Assembly: GCA_002269645.1 (NCBI GenBank)
Contig: NIVC01003181.1
Span: 1-64,000 of the forward strand
Direction of reading: 5' to 3'
Length of the DNA stretch: 64,000 bases
From: Macrostomum lignano
Taxonomy: Eukaryota
In this document: positions 49,001 through 61,041 of the stretch, piece after piece
Numbering within the stretch: the stretch's first letter is position 1
Layout of the letters: the number at the start of each line of letters is the position of its first letter
Notes under the pieces: generated by a model
The model's input: the letters and a program-made list of their open reading frames with translations, nothing else
What the model was told of the DNA's origin: nothing
Database searches by the model: none
Program-made: the position numbers and the translations under genes

Positions 49001-51520
49001 GACAGACACTACTGCATCAGGTGCCACATCTATCAGACTGGACAGACAGACACTACTGCATCAGGTGCCACATGCCCACATCTATCAGACTGGACAGACA
49101 GACACTACTGCATCAGGTGCCACATGCCCACATCTATCAGACTGGACAGACAGACACTACTGCATCAGGTGCCACATGCCCACATCTATCAGACTGGACA
49201 GACAGACACTACTGCATCAGGTGCCACATCTATCAGACTGGACAGACAGACACTACTGCATCAGGTGCCACATCTATCAGACTGGACAGGCAGACACTAC
49301 TGCATCAAATGCCACATCTATCAGACTGGACAGGCAGACACTACTGCATCAGATGCCACATCTATCAGACTGGACAGGCAGACACTACTGCATCAGATGC
49401 CACATCTATCAGACTGGACAGACAGACACTACTGCATCAGGTGCCACATCTATCAGACTGGACAGGCAGACACTACTGCATCAGGTGCCACATGTATCAG
49501 ACTGGACAGACAGACACTACTGCATCAGGTGCCACATGCCCACATCTATCAGACTGGACAGACAGACACTACTGCATCAGGTGCCACATCTATCAGACTG
49601 GACAGACAGACACTACTGCATCAGATGCCACATCTATCAGACTGGACAGGCAGACACTACTGCATCAGATGCCAAATCTATCAGACTGGACAGGCAGACA
49701 CTACTGCATCAGAGGCCACATCTATCAGACTGGACAGGCAGACACTACTGCATCAGATGCCACATCTATCAGACTGGACAGGCAGACACTACTGCATCAG
49801 ATGCCACATCTATCAGACTGGACAGGCAGACACTACTGCATCAGATGCCACATCTATCAGACTGGACAGGCAGACACTACTGCATCAGGTGCCACATCTA
49901 TCAGACTGGACAGGCAGACACTACTGCATCAGATGCCACATCTATCAGACTGGACAGACAGACACTACTGCATCAGGTGCCACATCTATCAGACTGGACA
50001 GGCAGACACTACTGCATCAGATGCCACATCTATCAGACTGGACAGACAGACACTACTGCATCAGGTGCCACATGCCCACATCTATCAGACTGGACAGACA
50101 GACACTACTGCATCAGATGCCACATCTATCAGACTGGACAGGCAGACACTACTGCATCAGATGCCACATCTATCAGACTGAGCACTCTCAGAACTCCTTA
50201 CCTTAGCAGCTTCGCCTTTGCAGGCAATATTAGGAATGATGCCAAACACAGTCTGAATTTTCATGATCGCGCGAGACAGATAGTGCAGAGAGGAGATGTC
50301 GCTTTTCAAATGATAGTCCTGTAAAATGCGACAGACAGGTGGCAGAGCTCAAACTATCATAACGAAAATAACAATGAAAAAACGTTGTCTAACCCGAAAG
50401 GCATTTGGCCAATCGCAGAGCAGCAGGTCATTGTCAAACGGCAGCAAGTCGAGTTGAAATTCGGTCAGTTGGACTCGATTTAAATCGACTTTAAGCTCGC
50501 GAAGCAGGTTCTCGCACGGAATAGTCTTGTTTGGCACGAAAACGATTGCTGCGGACTTGCTGGTGGGTAGCTTGGACCTTTAAGGAGTGCAAAGTACAAT
50601 TGTTAACGCAATTAGAAGCTAGCTGGGATCTTGATTGCACTTTTAGCGAGTCACAATGGCCTTTAGGATCTAGCTGGGATCTTAATTGCACTTTAGCGAG
50701 TCACAATGGCCTGGATCTAGCTGGGATCATGACTACACTTTAGCGAGTCACAATGGCCTTTAGGATCTAGCTGGGATCTTAATTGCACTTTAGCGAGTCA
50801 CAATGGCCTGGATCTAGCTGTGATCTTAATTGCACTTTAGCGAGTCACAATGCCCTGGATCTGGCTGGGATCTTAATTGCACTTTAGCGAGTCAAAATGG
50901 CCTGGATTTAGCTGGGATCTTAATTGCACTTTAGCGAGTCACAATGCCCTGGATCTGGCTGGGATCTTGATTACACTTTAGCGAGTCACAATGGCCTGGA
51001 TCTAGCTGGGATCTTAATTGCACTTTTAGCGAGTCACAATAGTCTGAATCTAACTGGGATCTTAATTGCAGTTCAGCGGGATTCAGCTTAGAAATAATGG
51101 ACGCAGTGTAAGTTTCAAACAAAACTTGAAAGACTCACTTGTCATTGACATATGTGGCGACATATTTGATAATAGTTGGGTCTGGTCGCACAAGGAATAC
51201 AGCCATATCACATTCGGCTGGCACAGTGCCAATGCTGCCTGTAGCCTCTATTGAGTACATTGTGTGCACTTTATGCTGCTTGAGCGAATTGGTATCAACA
51301 ACCATGTTCACTGGCGTCATTAGTGGCTTGTCCCAAACCAGAAGAAGCTAGGAGTTTATAAAAAAGAATATATATGTAGCATAGTTTCTATTTAAGATAG
51401 ATAAAAATTAAAGTAGATAATTTGATCACTTACATTTTTTCCTTTCAAAGAGTCGAGCAGTGCCAGAAGCTCATTGCAAAGCAGGTCCTTTAGCCTGCCA
51501 ACATTGCCTAGATGGCTCAT
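43644..51520 (-). CDS. VPS33A: Vacuolar protein sorting 33A (Sec1/Munc18 family, HOPS/CORVET), 10 exons, 599 aa
   Basis: Exons 51520-51434, 51347-51139, 50577-50394, 50318-50202, 48375-48198, 47195-47035, 46394-46062, 45804-45498, 44568-44452 and 43750-43644 sum to 1800 nt in phase. Motifs: [65 protein letters not shown]. Confidence 0.95.
43815..44395. repeat. G-rich minisatellite (VPS33A intron 9)
   Basis: GGATGGGGGATGGGGAAGGGAAGC units. Confidence 0.93.
44620..45430. repeat. 35-bp minisatellite
   Basis: ATACCGGTCATAAACTCCAAGGAAATGGGTGTCTC units. Confidence 0.95.
46435..46900. repeat. About 20-23-bp minisatellite
   Basis: GGGGAATTCGGTGCTTTTGCAA units. Confidence 0.93.
47285..48170. repeat. 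Pyrimidine-rich compound minisatellite
   Basis: CTCTCCATCATCCATCCCAGCATC-family units with a higher-order block. Confidence 0.9.
48448..50180. repeat. 44-bp minisatellite
   Basis: CATCAGGTGCCACATCTATCAGACTGGACAGACAGACACTACTG units. Source of three spurious ORFs of about 580 aa. Confidence 0.97.
50615..51070. repeat. About 47-bp minisatellite
   Basis: GCTGGGATCTTAATTGCACTTTAGCGAGTCACAATGGCCTGGATCTA units. Confidence 0.93.
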
Positions 51521-52775
51521 GCTTGTATTATTAGCTGAAAGGAAAATTGAATAAAGAAACATACATAGGAATGTACTAGTAAAATTTGGGATAAATGCAA
51601 ACAGTTTAAAAAACACAATTTTCCATATTTGCAAATCTATAAATGCCATATTTAGAAGATTTTCTAATATACATAAGCTTAAAAATGGTATACATTTTGG
51701 TATGAATATAGTGACCATACAAAGGCCATACAATGCTATACTTTTGGCATGCTATAACTTTATATATATACATGTAATAAAGACAAGCAAATAGTGAGTG
51801 ACATATATACAAAGTCTAGTAGTATGCATATAAATGTGAAATTTGTATTTAATTTGAATAACCAAAACAAAAAGATTATGTGCATGCATGAATACAACAC
51901 AAATGTATAACCTACCATATGCACAATGATATAAAATTAATTATAACAATATAAATGGCAATGTTATAGTATTTAACAAGCACTATTGCTCATATATTTT
52001 TTAAAATTATTTCATAGATAAAAAGTTTTAATACTTTATTTAATTCTTTTATTTAGTATACATAAAAAGATATATATTTAAAAAATCTATGATAGTGTAC
52101 TAATATACACTTTAATAATAGGGATTCCAGTGAGATTTTGAAAGTTATTTTTTATATTTTTAGATTTGATAAATCTTATTTGCCCAAGCAAAAAGACATT
52201 TCAATTTTGAAAAAAAATTAGTCAAGTAATAAAAAAGTTACAAAACTTTTTGTATTTTAAATTTTCAATATTTTCAAATTGAAAATAAAAAATTGAAATT
52301 GAAAAATTGAAATTGAATAAAAAATTCAAATTGAAAATTGAAATCGAAATTTTCAAATTTTCAAAATACATTATAAATTTATATAATGTATTTTGCTAAT
52401 GAAGCATTCCATACCATACATGCCCAACCTCAAAATTTCACCCATCCAATGCAACTTAGTTTTGTCCAGATTTGCGACTTAGTTCCTCCTAATTGCAAAT
52501 TAGTTCCTCTCTATTGCAACTTAGTTCCCCTGATTGCAACTTAATTTTCACTTTGTATATGACTTTTCTTGTCTTTTTCTCTTTTCTTCTCTTTCTCTTC
52601 CTCTCTCTCTCTTCTCCTTCCTTTCTTTTTCTTTTCTCTTTATCTCCTTTCTTTCTTCCCCAATTTTTTTGTTTTTTTGCATTTTCAATTTTGCAACTTA
52701 CCTTGGCTGGTGGCCCTTTTACCCATCTAGTTTGGATGGGTTGGATGGGTGTTAGGCATGTATGAACATGCTTGG

Positions 52776-52931
52776 GCGCAACCGAGGGATTTACCTGGCC
52801 ATTTCTATTGACAACACACACATGTAAGTTGCTATTCGATAGAATAGTAGTCACGTGACTATTCTTAGCCAATAGTGACTTACATGTATGTGTTGCCAAT
52901 AGAAATGGCCAAGTGATTCCCAAGGCTGCAC
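52776..52931. mobile_element. Palindromic (fold-back) MITE, decayed copy
   Basis: Collinear 156-bp homolog of 58697-58852, with central GTCACGTGAC at 52850-52859. Confidence 0.8.
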
Positions 52932-53320
52932 ATGTATATGTATGAAGCATTGTGATAATTATTGCTCAAAAACATTTTTATTAAATATTTTTATCACTTT
53001 TGTATATAACTAGTCTTTATATCCAATATATCATTTTAGCTATTTTATCTTAAGAACCTAAAAAAGGACAATATATCGAAATAGCAATAGTCAATAGGGT
53101 GACAGTATATTATGATTATATGATTATGTGAACTTGTAATTCTAATAAATATAATGCAATCATCACGCTTTTGAGCTATAGCTTTTTATGTTTATTTATG
53201 AATGAGAATAATTCTAATAATAGGCCTGCAACAAAAATAGCCAAAACCTTTGCAACAATATATACAAAAGCCAGCCTAAATTGCATAGAAAAATATTCAG
53301 ATTTATAGAAAAGCAAAAAT

Positions 53321-53703
53321 CAATACTAAATTTATTTAACAATGCATTTTGCATAATATTATGCATCTTTAGGTTTATTTTGAGCAAAAGAAGCAAATGA
53401 TATTAAAAGTAAATAAATACAAAGTTTGGGGTATAAATTTAATCAATATTTTAAGTACATGTTTGTTGGTCTATAAGTTAAGAGGCAAAGTCTAGGGATA
53501 GATTGATAGTTATGTAGTTAAAATTATAGAATGTATAACCAGTGCCTTCTCCCTCAAAACACACGGAGAACATGGCCTGCGCCACTGTTTATACCCCAAA
53601 ACTATATTTATTTACTTCCAATCTCACTCATTACTTTTGCTCAAAATAAACCTGAAGATGCACAATATCAAGCAAAATGCATAGTTAAATTATTTTAATA
53701 TTG
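53321..53703. mobile_element. AT-rich inverted-repeat element (about 117-bp arms, about 150-bp spacer)
   Basis: 53321-53437 aligns to the reverse complement of 53588-53703, sharing GGTTTATTTTGAGCAAAAG and TTTGGGGTATAAA. Confidence 0.7.
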
Positions 53704-54791
53704 ATTGTCACTTTTCTATTCATCTTACTTGCCAAGTGGGCAACTTTACCTGAATTACTGAATATTCAGATTTAGTTACATAGATTGTATTAAAACTACA
53801 CAGCTTAAACAAAATGATAAATTAATTTTCACTTTTTCAGATTGCCTGTCTCTAGGGGGCTTGAGAAGACTGCTTGCAACTGGCAGCTGATGGAGCTAAA
53901 AATAAAAGAAAAGGATAATTGGTTGATTTTTTGCAAACTAGAAAAAAATCAACTACCCAAATCCAAGCATTTTTAAACATGTAATTAAGTTTATTTCCCA
54001 TTCTCAATATTTCTTCTTTAAAAATAGTCCAGTCTAGATCTTGTAGAGAGCTTATGCCAGGACGAGATCCTCTTTCCAAATACAATTACAAGGCTTTACC
54101 TGCCAGGTAAAAATAGCACCACTGTATCTGTTTTATTAATATTATTTCGATCAGACTCGGTCTTATTAAGCTAGTTGTTAGACTAGTGCTAGCCGCTACC
54201 AGATCAGAGTCATCAGACTAATAGTTCAGTTTAGTTCAGCTTGAGCTAATGATTTTCGCTCATCAACCGACGTTAGTTTGACTCAGTTGATGCTGAGTTA
54301 AATTAAGCTAAGCAAAAGCTGAGATAACTATACCAGCATATTAAATGCAAATCGGTCAAAAACAAAATAAAATATTAATTCTAACAATTAGGCAGAGTCG
54401 GGCCAAAAAGCTTATATCACTTCTCAGAAAAAATTAGGTTTAAAAATTCACAGACACTTGTACAATGCAATTTAAACTATCTGAACCATAAAAAATAATA
54501 AATAAATAAGTTTCAAATGTTAATTGCTTTGCTACAAAGTTTTATGTTTTACTATGGTATATTAATATGTTTTTTGTTTATATGCAAAGTTTTAAATATT
54601 GCAAAGTAAAGTTTCTGAGAATACTTTTTTCCTTGCAGACAACATAAGTATCATCTTTTTGACCCAAATTGTAATTATAGTTATTAATATTACCGGTGAC
54701 AAAGATAGAAATAGTAAACAGGTTAAGAAGAAAGGTTAATTTACTAGACCAATAATTAATAATCTGTATCAACTTTTTTCTAAATTAAACT

Positions 54792-57700
54792 ATGCCTCTG
54801 GAAGACTTTGAAGAAGAAGGGTTAGAGAAGATTCCTGATCTTAAATTGGCCCAGAAAGTGTTTTTGGCTTCACTACCTGATTTCAAGAATAATGCTGAAT
54901 TGCAGAACCAGATTTTGTCTGTTGTCAAGGCATCAAGTAAGTTGTACATTATTTATTAGAGCATATATTATTTTATATTTGTATATTTTAGTAATTTGGC
55001 AGTTATTAAATGAAATTATGAGGGTGGTTCAAAATTTTTAGTCATTCAGCCATTTTTTAGGCTTTTTTGTGATTTTTTGCATTATTATTTAGCATTTTAT
55101 GAAATATGTAGAGTATAGACATAGTATTTTCTTTTTATCTTCTTTCAACTATATCTTTTCTATATAAACTCTTGGATTTTTAGCAAAATAGACAAGCAAG
55201 AATAGCCTTGCTTGTTCATATTATTATTTTCACTTGTTACTGAAGTGGCTATTGCCAAAGTGGCTACTACCAAAATGGACTATTACCTCAATTTGAAATC
55301 ATACTTGGTCATTAGTATATATAAAATTCTAATCAAGAAATAATCTAGTTAAGAACCAATTTAACCAAACCCAATTTAGAAAAGTTAATGTACAAAATTT
55401 GATGGATACTGTAAAAATTATATTCTATATACATTGATTATTCTAGTTTAGTTTATATTGCAAATTGTATTATATATACTGGAAAGTATCTGGCTTTCTA
55501 GTTAAGTGTATACTAATAAAGTATGCCATTTAATTCATTCTAGTAAATTGTATGCCAATAAAAAATGCATGGTTAACAAGCATTGAAACAATGCCACAAG
55601 TAATAGGTGCAACAAATAATTGTTACATAGAATAACAAAACCTACAACCTACTTTTCGCTTTGAAAGGGCTAAGGCTGATATAAATTGAAGAAAAGATTA
55701 AGGTATAATAAGATTAGTTCCCAATAGATATCCTAAATGCTTTTATGGGACTATAAGCAGAATTGGCTCCACTTTTGCTGGCTTATGCTTGACCTTTACA
55801 ATGAGAACCCAGATAGATTTGAGCAATAAATCATAACTAGGGACAAATATTAGATCTACCACTATGATCCTAAGTTTAAGTGAGATTCTATAGAGTAGTG
55901 GTGCCCTAAGAAAAGGGCTCTCTGCAAGTTTAAGCAAGCAGAGTCAGCTGGCAAGATCTTGGGCTATTTCTTTTAGGACTATCAAGGGATCTTGCTTGCC
56001 AAGTACCTGTCTATAGGACATACTGTCACAGGTGTCTAGTATATTGAATAGCTAGGCTGGCTACAAGCAGTTATCTAGAAAAGATAGGGGAAGCTAAGTG
56101 CTAGCCCTTTGCTACTTTATGACAATGCCCCAGCTCATAACTACCCAGGTTATGGTGAATATTACCAGCATTACAAGGTTCAAAGTCCTTCCTTATCTAG
56201 CTTATTCACCAGATCTAACACCTTCCAATTTATTTCTATTCTATTGGCTCAAGTGGCCACTCTGTGGCTACCATTTTTAAGTCCAACAAAGGACATTTCC
56301 ATTAAGCATAATAATAATATATAATATAATATATATAATATCTAGATCATGCAGGTAGATGCCTTAGCCAATTATTATAATTTTATTTTAGATAGATCCC
56401 TTTGGAAACACTATGTAGTAAAAAAGAGAAAAGGAATACTCATAGTTTATAAGAGTATCTCATAGCCATGAAAAGCTTCAAAAAAGATTCATAGCCTATG
56501 ATAGAGATATAAAATATGCCTATGACTAGGACATAAGATAGGTCCTTGCATAACTAAGTGTGCAAGTGGCAAGTGTTAATTTTTCATGAATACAAGAATA
56601 AAACATGCAATGCAGTATAATACCTTTGCTTTTATGCCTGCTTGCTCCCTTACCCCCCACTGCTGCTTGGTTAGCAAGATTTGCCTGATTTGATAGCCTT
56701 TGCAGACCTACTAAATATAAAAGCTAAACAAATATTCCTCAATAAAACGCAATGCAGTATAAATAGCTAAGATATTTATATATCTTGGCTAATTAATGCA
56801 TTTAAAAACCTTGTATGCTAAAAATGATGTTGCCATTTGTTATGTCTAATTAAATTAGCAAAATAAAACTAATAAGCATCAAATAAACAGACAATAAACA
56901 ATAATAATAGTCATTTTCAAGTTGGTATTTTATTTATTATATAAGGGCAATGCTTTGGTTATCAAATTGATTAGTTCCATAGCTAAGATAACAACTAATT
57001 TAATAATGTACAATAAAGCAGCAGGGTATATAAGCCATATAGCTTTTTGCTTAATTAGCTTGATGCACTTTTAATAAGTCACTTATATTAGATATTTGTA
57101 GCTTTGTAGCTGAAGAACTAAGAAAGAGAAACATTTATTTTAAATAATTTCCTTTAGTTTTGGCCATAGACAATTAACAACTTGACTAGTTTAAAAGTTT
57201 AAAATTTAAACCATAGGCTATATGCTATGCTATGTAGACACAAATTTAAACCCAGAATAAATATTGTAAAACAAATGATGATATGTCTATATCTCTACCT
57301 ATAAAAATGAAAACTCTGTGTGTCTTAACTTCTAAGTATAAGTTTTATTTTAAATTGAATAGCCCTATAAGTGTTTTTGACTTTTTCAATTTCAATTTAA
57401 GCTTTTTCAATTGGCTATATTATTCAGCTTAGCCCACAAAACAATGTATAGGCCTGGAGCTAGTAAAGACTTTTTAATAGGGTATAGTTAATTTTTAAAA
57501 ATTAATAATGAGAAAACATTTTTTATTTAAATGTGCAATCTTTTAATCATTTGGTCACTTCAATAAACATATGATCAGTTGTTACAAGCACTGAAAGAAA
57601 TTTAAACATCAATCTAGCTTCTACATAGCATCAACCAAATCTAAGTGAATTGCCAGTACTCTCTGAATATACAAGCAGGATTAGCATTATGTTAATGAAA

Positions 57701-60017
57701 TAAGACAGTGACTGGAACATACAAATTACCAATGCACAGACATGGCCCCATACTACGAGCACATCTGCCAGCACCTGGGCTGGCGCACCGACCAGGCCCT
57801 GCTAGGCGAGATGCGCCAAGCCAATAAAACTCGCTTAGCCGAATTAGACGCTAAAATACGCGAAGCCGAGGAGACCCAAGGCGAAGCCGAGGTTCGCAAT
57901 AGTATGCGCGACAAAGCCTACTATTTTAGTAGTATCGGCGACAAAGCTGACTCACTGGCTATGCTCAGGCAGGTGTTCGAGAAGACGGCCATGTCTGGTT
58001 ACCGGCTCGATCTGATCTTCCACCAGATTCGTCTGGGCTTCTTTTTCAACGATCACGACCTGATCACTAGGAACATCGACAGGGCGGCCACTCTGGTTGA
58101 GGAGGGCGGCGATTGGACAGGCGGAATCGGCTTCGCGTGTACAAAGGCTTGCACTGCATGAGCGTTCGAGATTTCAGCACCGCCGCCGGCTTGTTCCTGG
58201 AAACTGTGGCCACCTTCACTAGCTACGAGCTGATGGACTACAAGGACTTTATTACCTACACGGTGATGTGCGCTATGATTGCTCTGGATCGGCCAGATTT
58301 GCGCGACAAAGTTGTACGCGGCTCCGAGATATTGCAGATTCTGCACAGCCTGCCAGAGGTTAAAGCGTATTTAGATTCACTCTATCAGTGTCACTATGCT
58401 GAGTTCTTTCGCTATCTGGCCGGCGTTGAGATCTTTCTGCAGAGGGATAGATACCTGCATCAGCACGCTACGTGAGTTTTCTTGTTTTTTGTTTTTGTCA
58501 CCTTTGAGAATCGCCTCAGTCCCTCTCCAGGTTAGACATAAAATCAGCCTTGAGAATCACCTCAGTCCCTCTCCAGGTTAGACATAAAATCAGCCTTGAT
58601 AATCGCCTCAGTCCCTCTCCAGGTTAGACAGAAAATCGCTCTCAAGAATGACCAATGCACAATAGCGAAGCATCGCACACCACCGCACATGCTTGGGCGC
58701 AACCTTGGGATTCGCCCGGCCGTTTCTATTGGCAACACACGCATGTAAGTCGCTATTGGCTGAGAGCAGTCACGTGACTACTGTTCTGTCCAATAGCGAC
58801 TTACATGCGTGTGTTGCCAATAGAAACGGCCGAGTGAATCCCAAAGTTGCGCATGTATGCCACCGCAGGTACTACGTGAAGGAGATGCGCATCAAGGCTT
58901 ACACGCAGCAGCTGGAGTCCTACCGCAGCCTGACCCTGGACTACATGGCTAAATCGTTCGGCGTGTCGGTGGAATTCATCGACAAAGAGCTGTCCCGCTT
59001 TATTGCCGCCGGCCGACTTACCTGTAAAATTGATCAGGTTAGCCGTATTATCGAGACGACCCGACCTGACAGCAAAAATCATCAGTACCAGGTGAGCCTT
59101 TTTGAATATTATCTAATGTTATTTAGTTACCAATTTGTGATTTCGTAATTACCGAATTGTAATTTCTAAGAGATCCCACTCCGAGAGATCCCACTCCAAG
59201 AGATCCCACTCCAAGACATCACCCAAAGAGATCCCAACCCAAGAGATCCCACTCCGAGAGATCCCACTCCAAGAGATCCCACTCCAAGACATCACCCAAA
59301 GAGATCCCAACCCAAGAGATCCCACTCCGAGAGATCCCACTCCAAGACATCACCCAAAGAGATCCCAACCCAAGAGATCCCACTCCGAGAGATCCCACTC
59401 CAAGAGATCCCACTCCAAGACATCACCCAAAGAGATCCCAACCCAAGAGATCCCACTCCGAGAGATCCCATTCCAAGAGATCCCACTACAAGAGATCTCA
59501 CTACAAGAGATCCCACTACTAGAGATCCCACTCCAAGAGATCCCACTCCAAGAGATCCCACTCCAAGACATCACCCAAAGAGATCCCAACCCAAGAGATC
59601 CCACTCCGAGAGATCCCATTCCAAAAGATCCCACTACTAGATATCCCACTCCGAGAGATCCCATTCCAAGAGATCCCACTACAAGAGATCTCACTACAAG
59701 AGATCCCACTACTAGAGATCCCACTCCTAAAGAACCCACTCCGAAAGATCCCATTTAAAAATCCCAACCCAAAAGATCCCACTCCGTGAGATCCTCAATC
59801 CCAGTTAAATGGCATCCCTCGGGAAATTGCTCTTAGCAGATAAGGCCTAGGGGGTGAAATCCCGGTCAGTTGAATCGAAGTCTCGTGCTCCTTTTGCTTT
59901 CGCTTATTTATCTATGCTATATTCTACCCTTAACACCTGCTCTTCCAGCTGGTCATCAAGCATGGGGACACCCTGTTAAACCGTCTGCAAAAGCTTAGCC
60001 GCGTGATCAACATCTGA
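54792..60017 (+). CDS. PSMD6: 26S proteasome non-ATPase regulatory subunit 6 (Rpn7), 4 exons, 389 aa after restoring one base near 58115
   Basis: Exons 54792-54936 ([17 protein letters not shown]), 57740-58471 (MAPYYE..EEGGDW[D][14 protein letters not shown]), 58869-59091 ([20 protein letters not shown]) and 59949-60017 ([14 protein letters not shown]). Confidence 0.97.
55017..56300 (+). mobile_element. Decayed mariner (Tc1/mariner) transposon in PSMD6 intron 1
   Basis: TIR-like TATGAGGGTGGTTCAAAA at 55017. Transposase relics: IITRDKY*IYHYDP (cf. IVTGDETWIYHYDP), [38 protein letters not shown]. The right end is not resolved. Confidence 0.85.
58697..58852. mobile_element. Palindromic (fold-back) MITE, well-preserved copy, in PSMD6 intron 2
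   Basis: 63-bp inverted arms with 3-4 mismatches around a central GTCACGTGAC (58769-58778). Confidence 0.85.
59165..59790. repeat. 15-bp-core minisatellite
   Basis: GAGATCCCACTCCAA units with higher-order variants. Confidence 0.93.
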
Positions 60018-60686
60018 GTCCCTTTTCTTTTTTGCTAAGCCATGGCTAAGGCTTATCTGAATAAGTGCGGACTTGATAAACACACTCCTCCCTTAAACTT
60101 GTTACTAAGCTGCGTTATGTCCACAATTTATTTACTTTTAATCTACTACTATGAGTAGTGCAAGCTCCCCATGAAAAAATGAATGCTAAATGCGTATTGA
60201 TTGCTAGCCTATGCTGTCTTTATTCTCTGTCCTAATATTGCTCTTGTGCATCGCTTGTAGGTGTCACTTACCTGACAACTAAATGCTCAACCAGTTCGAG
60301 TAGCAACATAACCTGAAGGCACCGTTTCTATCTCTGTTATTAATCAGTTAATCCATAATAAAATAATATACACAGCAACGTGCACGCCTATGCTGCTGCG
60401 CATTTTGTCTCTCTTCAACTGTCTGAATTTTGAGCCCCAATTCTTTTTCAAAACAGTCTTTGTTGTTCACTTGGTCAAATTGATGCGGTGTGTTTCCGGT
60501 TTGGAATCAATTATTAGATATAGTCACATGTGTCATTTTTATCATTTTGGTATATAGGACTACGCTTAACAGACTACTAGCATGAGTAGCCAAAAAAGTT
60601 TTTAAATAGGTTGTGTTTAGAGTGTAGCTCGTATTGCTCGGATCTATCTAGCTAAAGAAATATTCCAAATAGCCCAGCCTTTAGCG

Positions 60687-60977
60687 AAGGTGTTGGAAAA
60701 CTTTTTAACTCGAGAGCCAGATAGGGAACCCAGCGCTTGGCTGCGGGCCAAAGGTGGGGAGAGAGGAAAGATAAGAAAAAGGAGAGGCAATGGGATAAAG
60801 GCGAAGTTAGAAGAGAAATGAAATAGGAGATGAGATGAGAGAAGGGAGAAGGGAGAGGAGAGTAGATTGAGAGAAGAGAGCTGAGAAGAGACAGAAACCT
60901 CGAGCGGACCCTTAGGGCCTTATAGGGAAGCTCTGTGGGCCGCATGTGGCACGCGGGTTGGAGTTTGCCGACACCTG
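60687..60977. mobile_element. hAT/Charlie-like MITE
   Basis: Ends AAGGTGTTGGAAAAC and GTTTGCCGACACCTG form a degenerate TIR pair. Flanking 8-mers CTTTAGCG and CTTTAGTC match 6/8. Confidence 0.5.
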
Positions 60978-61041
60978 CTTTAGTCAGTAGTCCCGACTCT
61001 TCTATAATCTTATTTTAAAATATGATTATTTAATATTTCAG

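Noticed and set aside
48403-50324. Three ORFs of 570-590 aa with Cys/His repeats (HYCIRCH)
   Set aside because: They are translations of a 44-bp intronic minisatellite open in all three frames, antisense to VPS33A. Not a zinc-finger protein.
58100-58125. PSMD6 pseudogene
   Set aside because: One missing G in a G-run. Restoring it gives a 389-aa, highly conserved essential protein with intact splice sites, so a sequencing error is far likelier.
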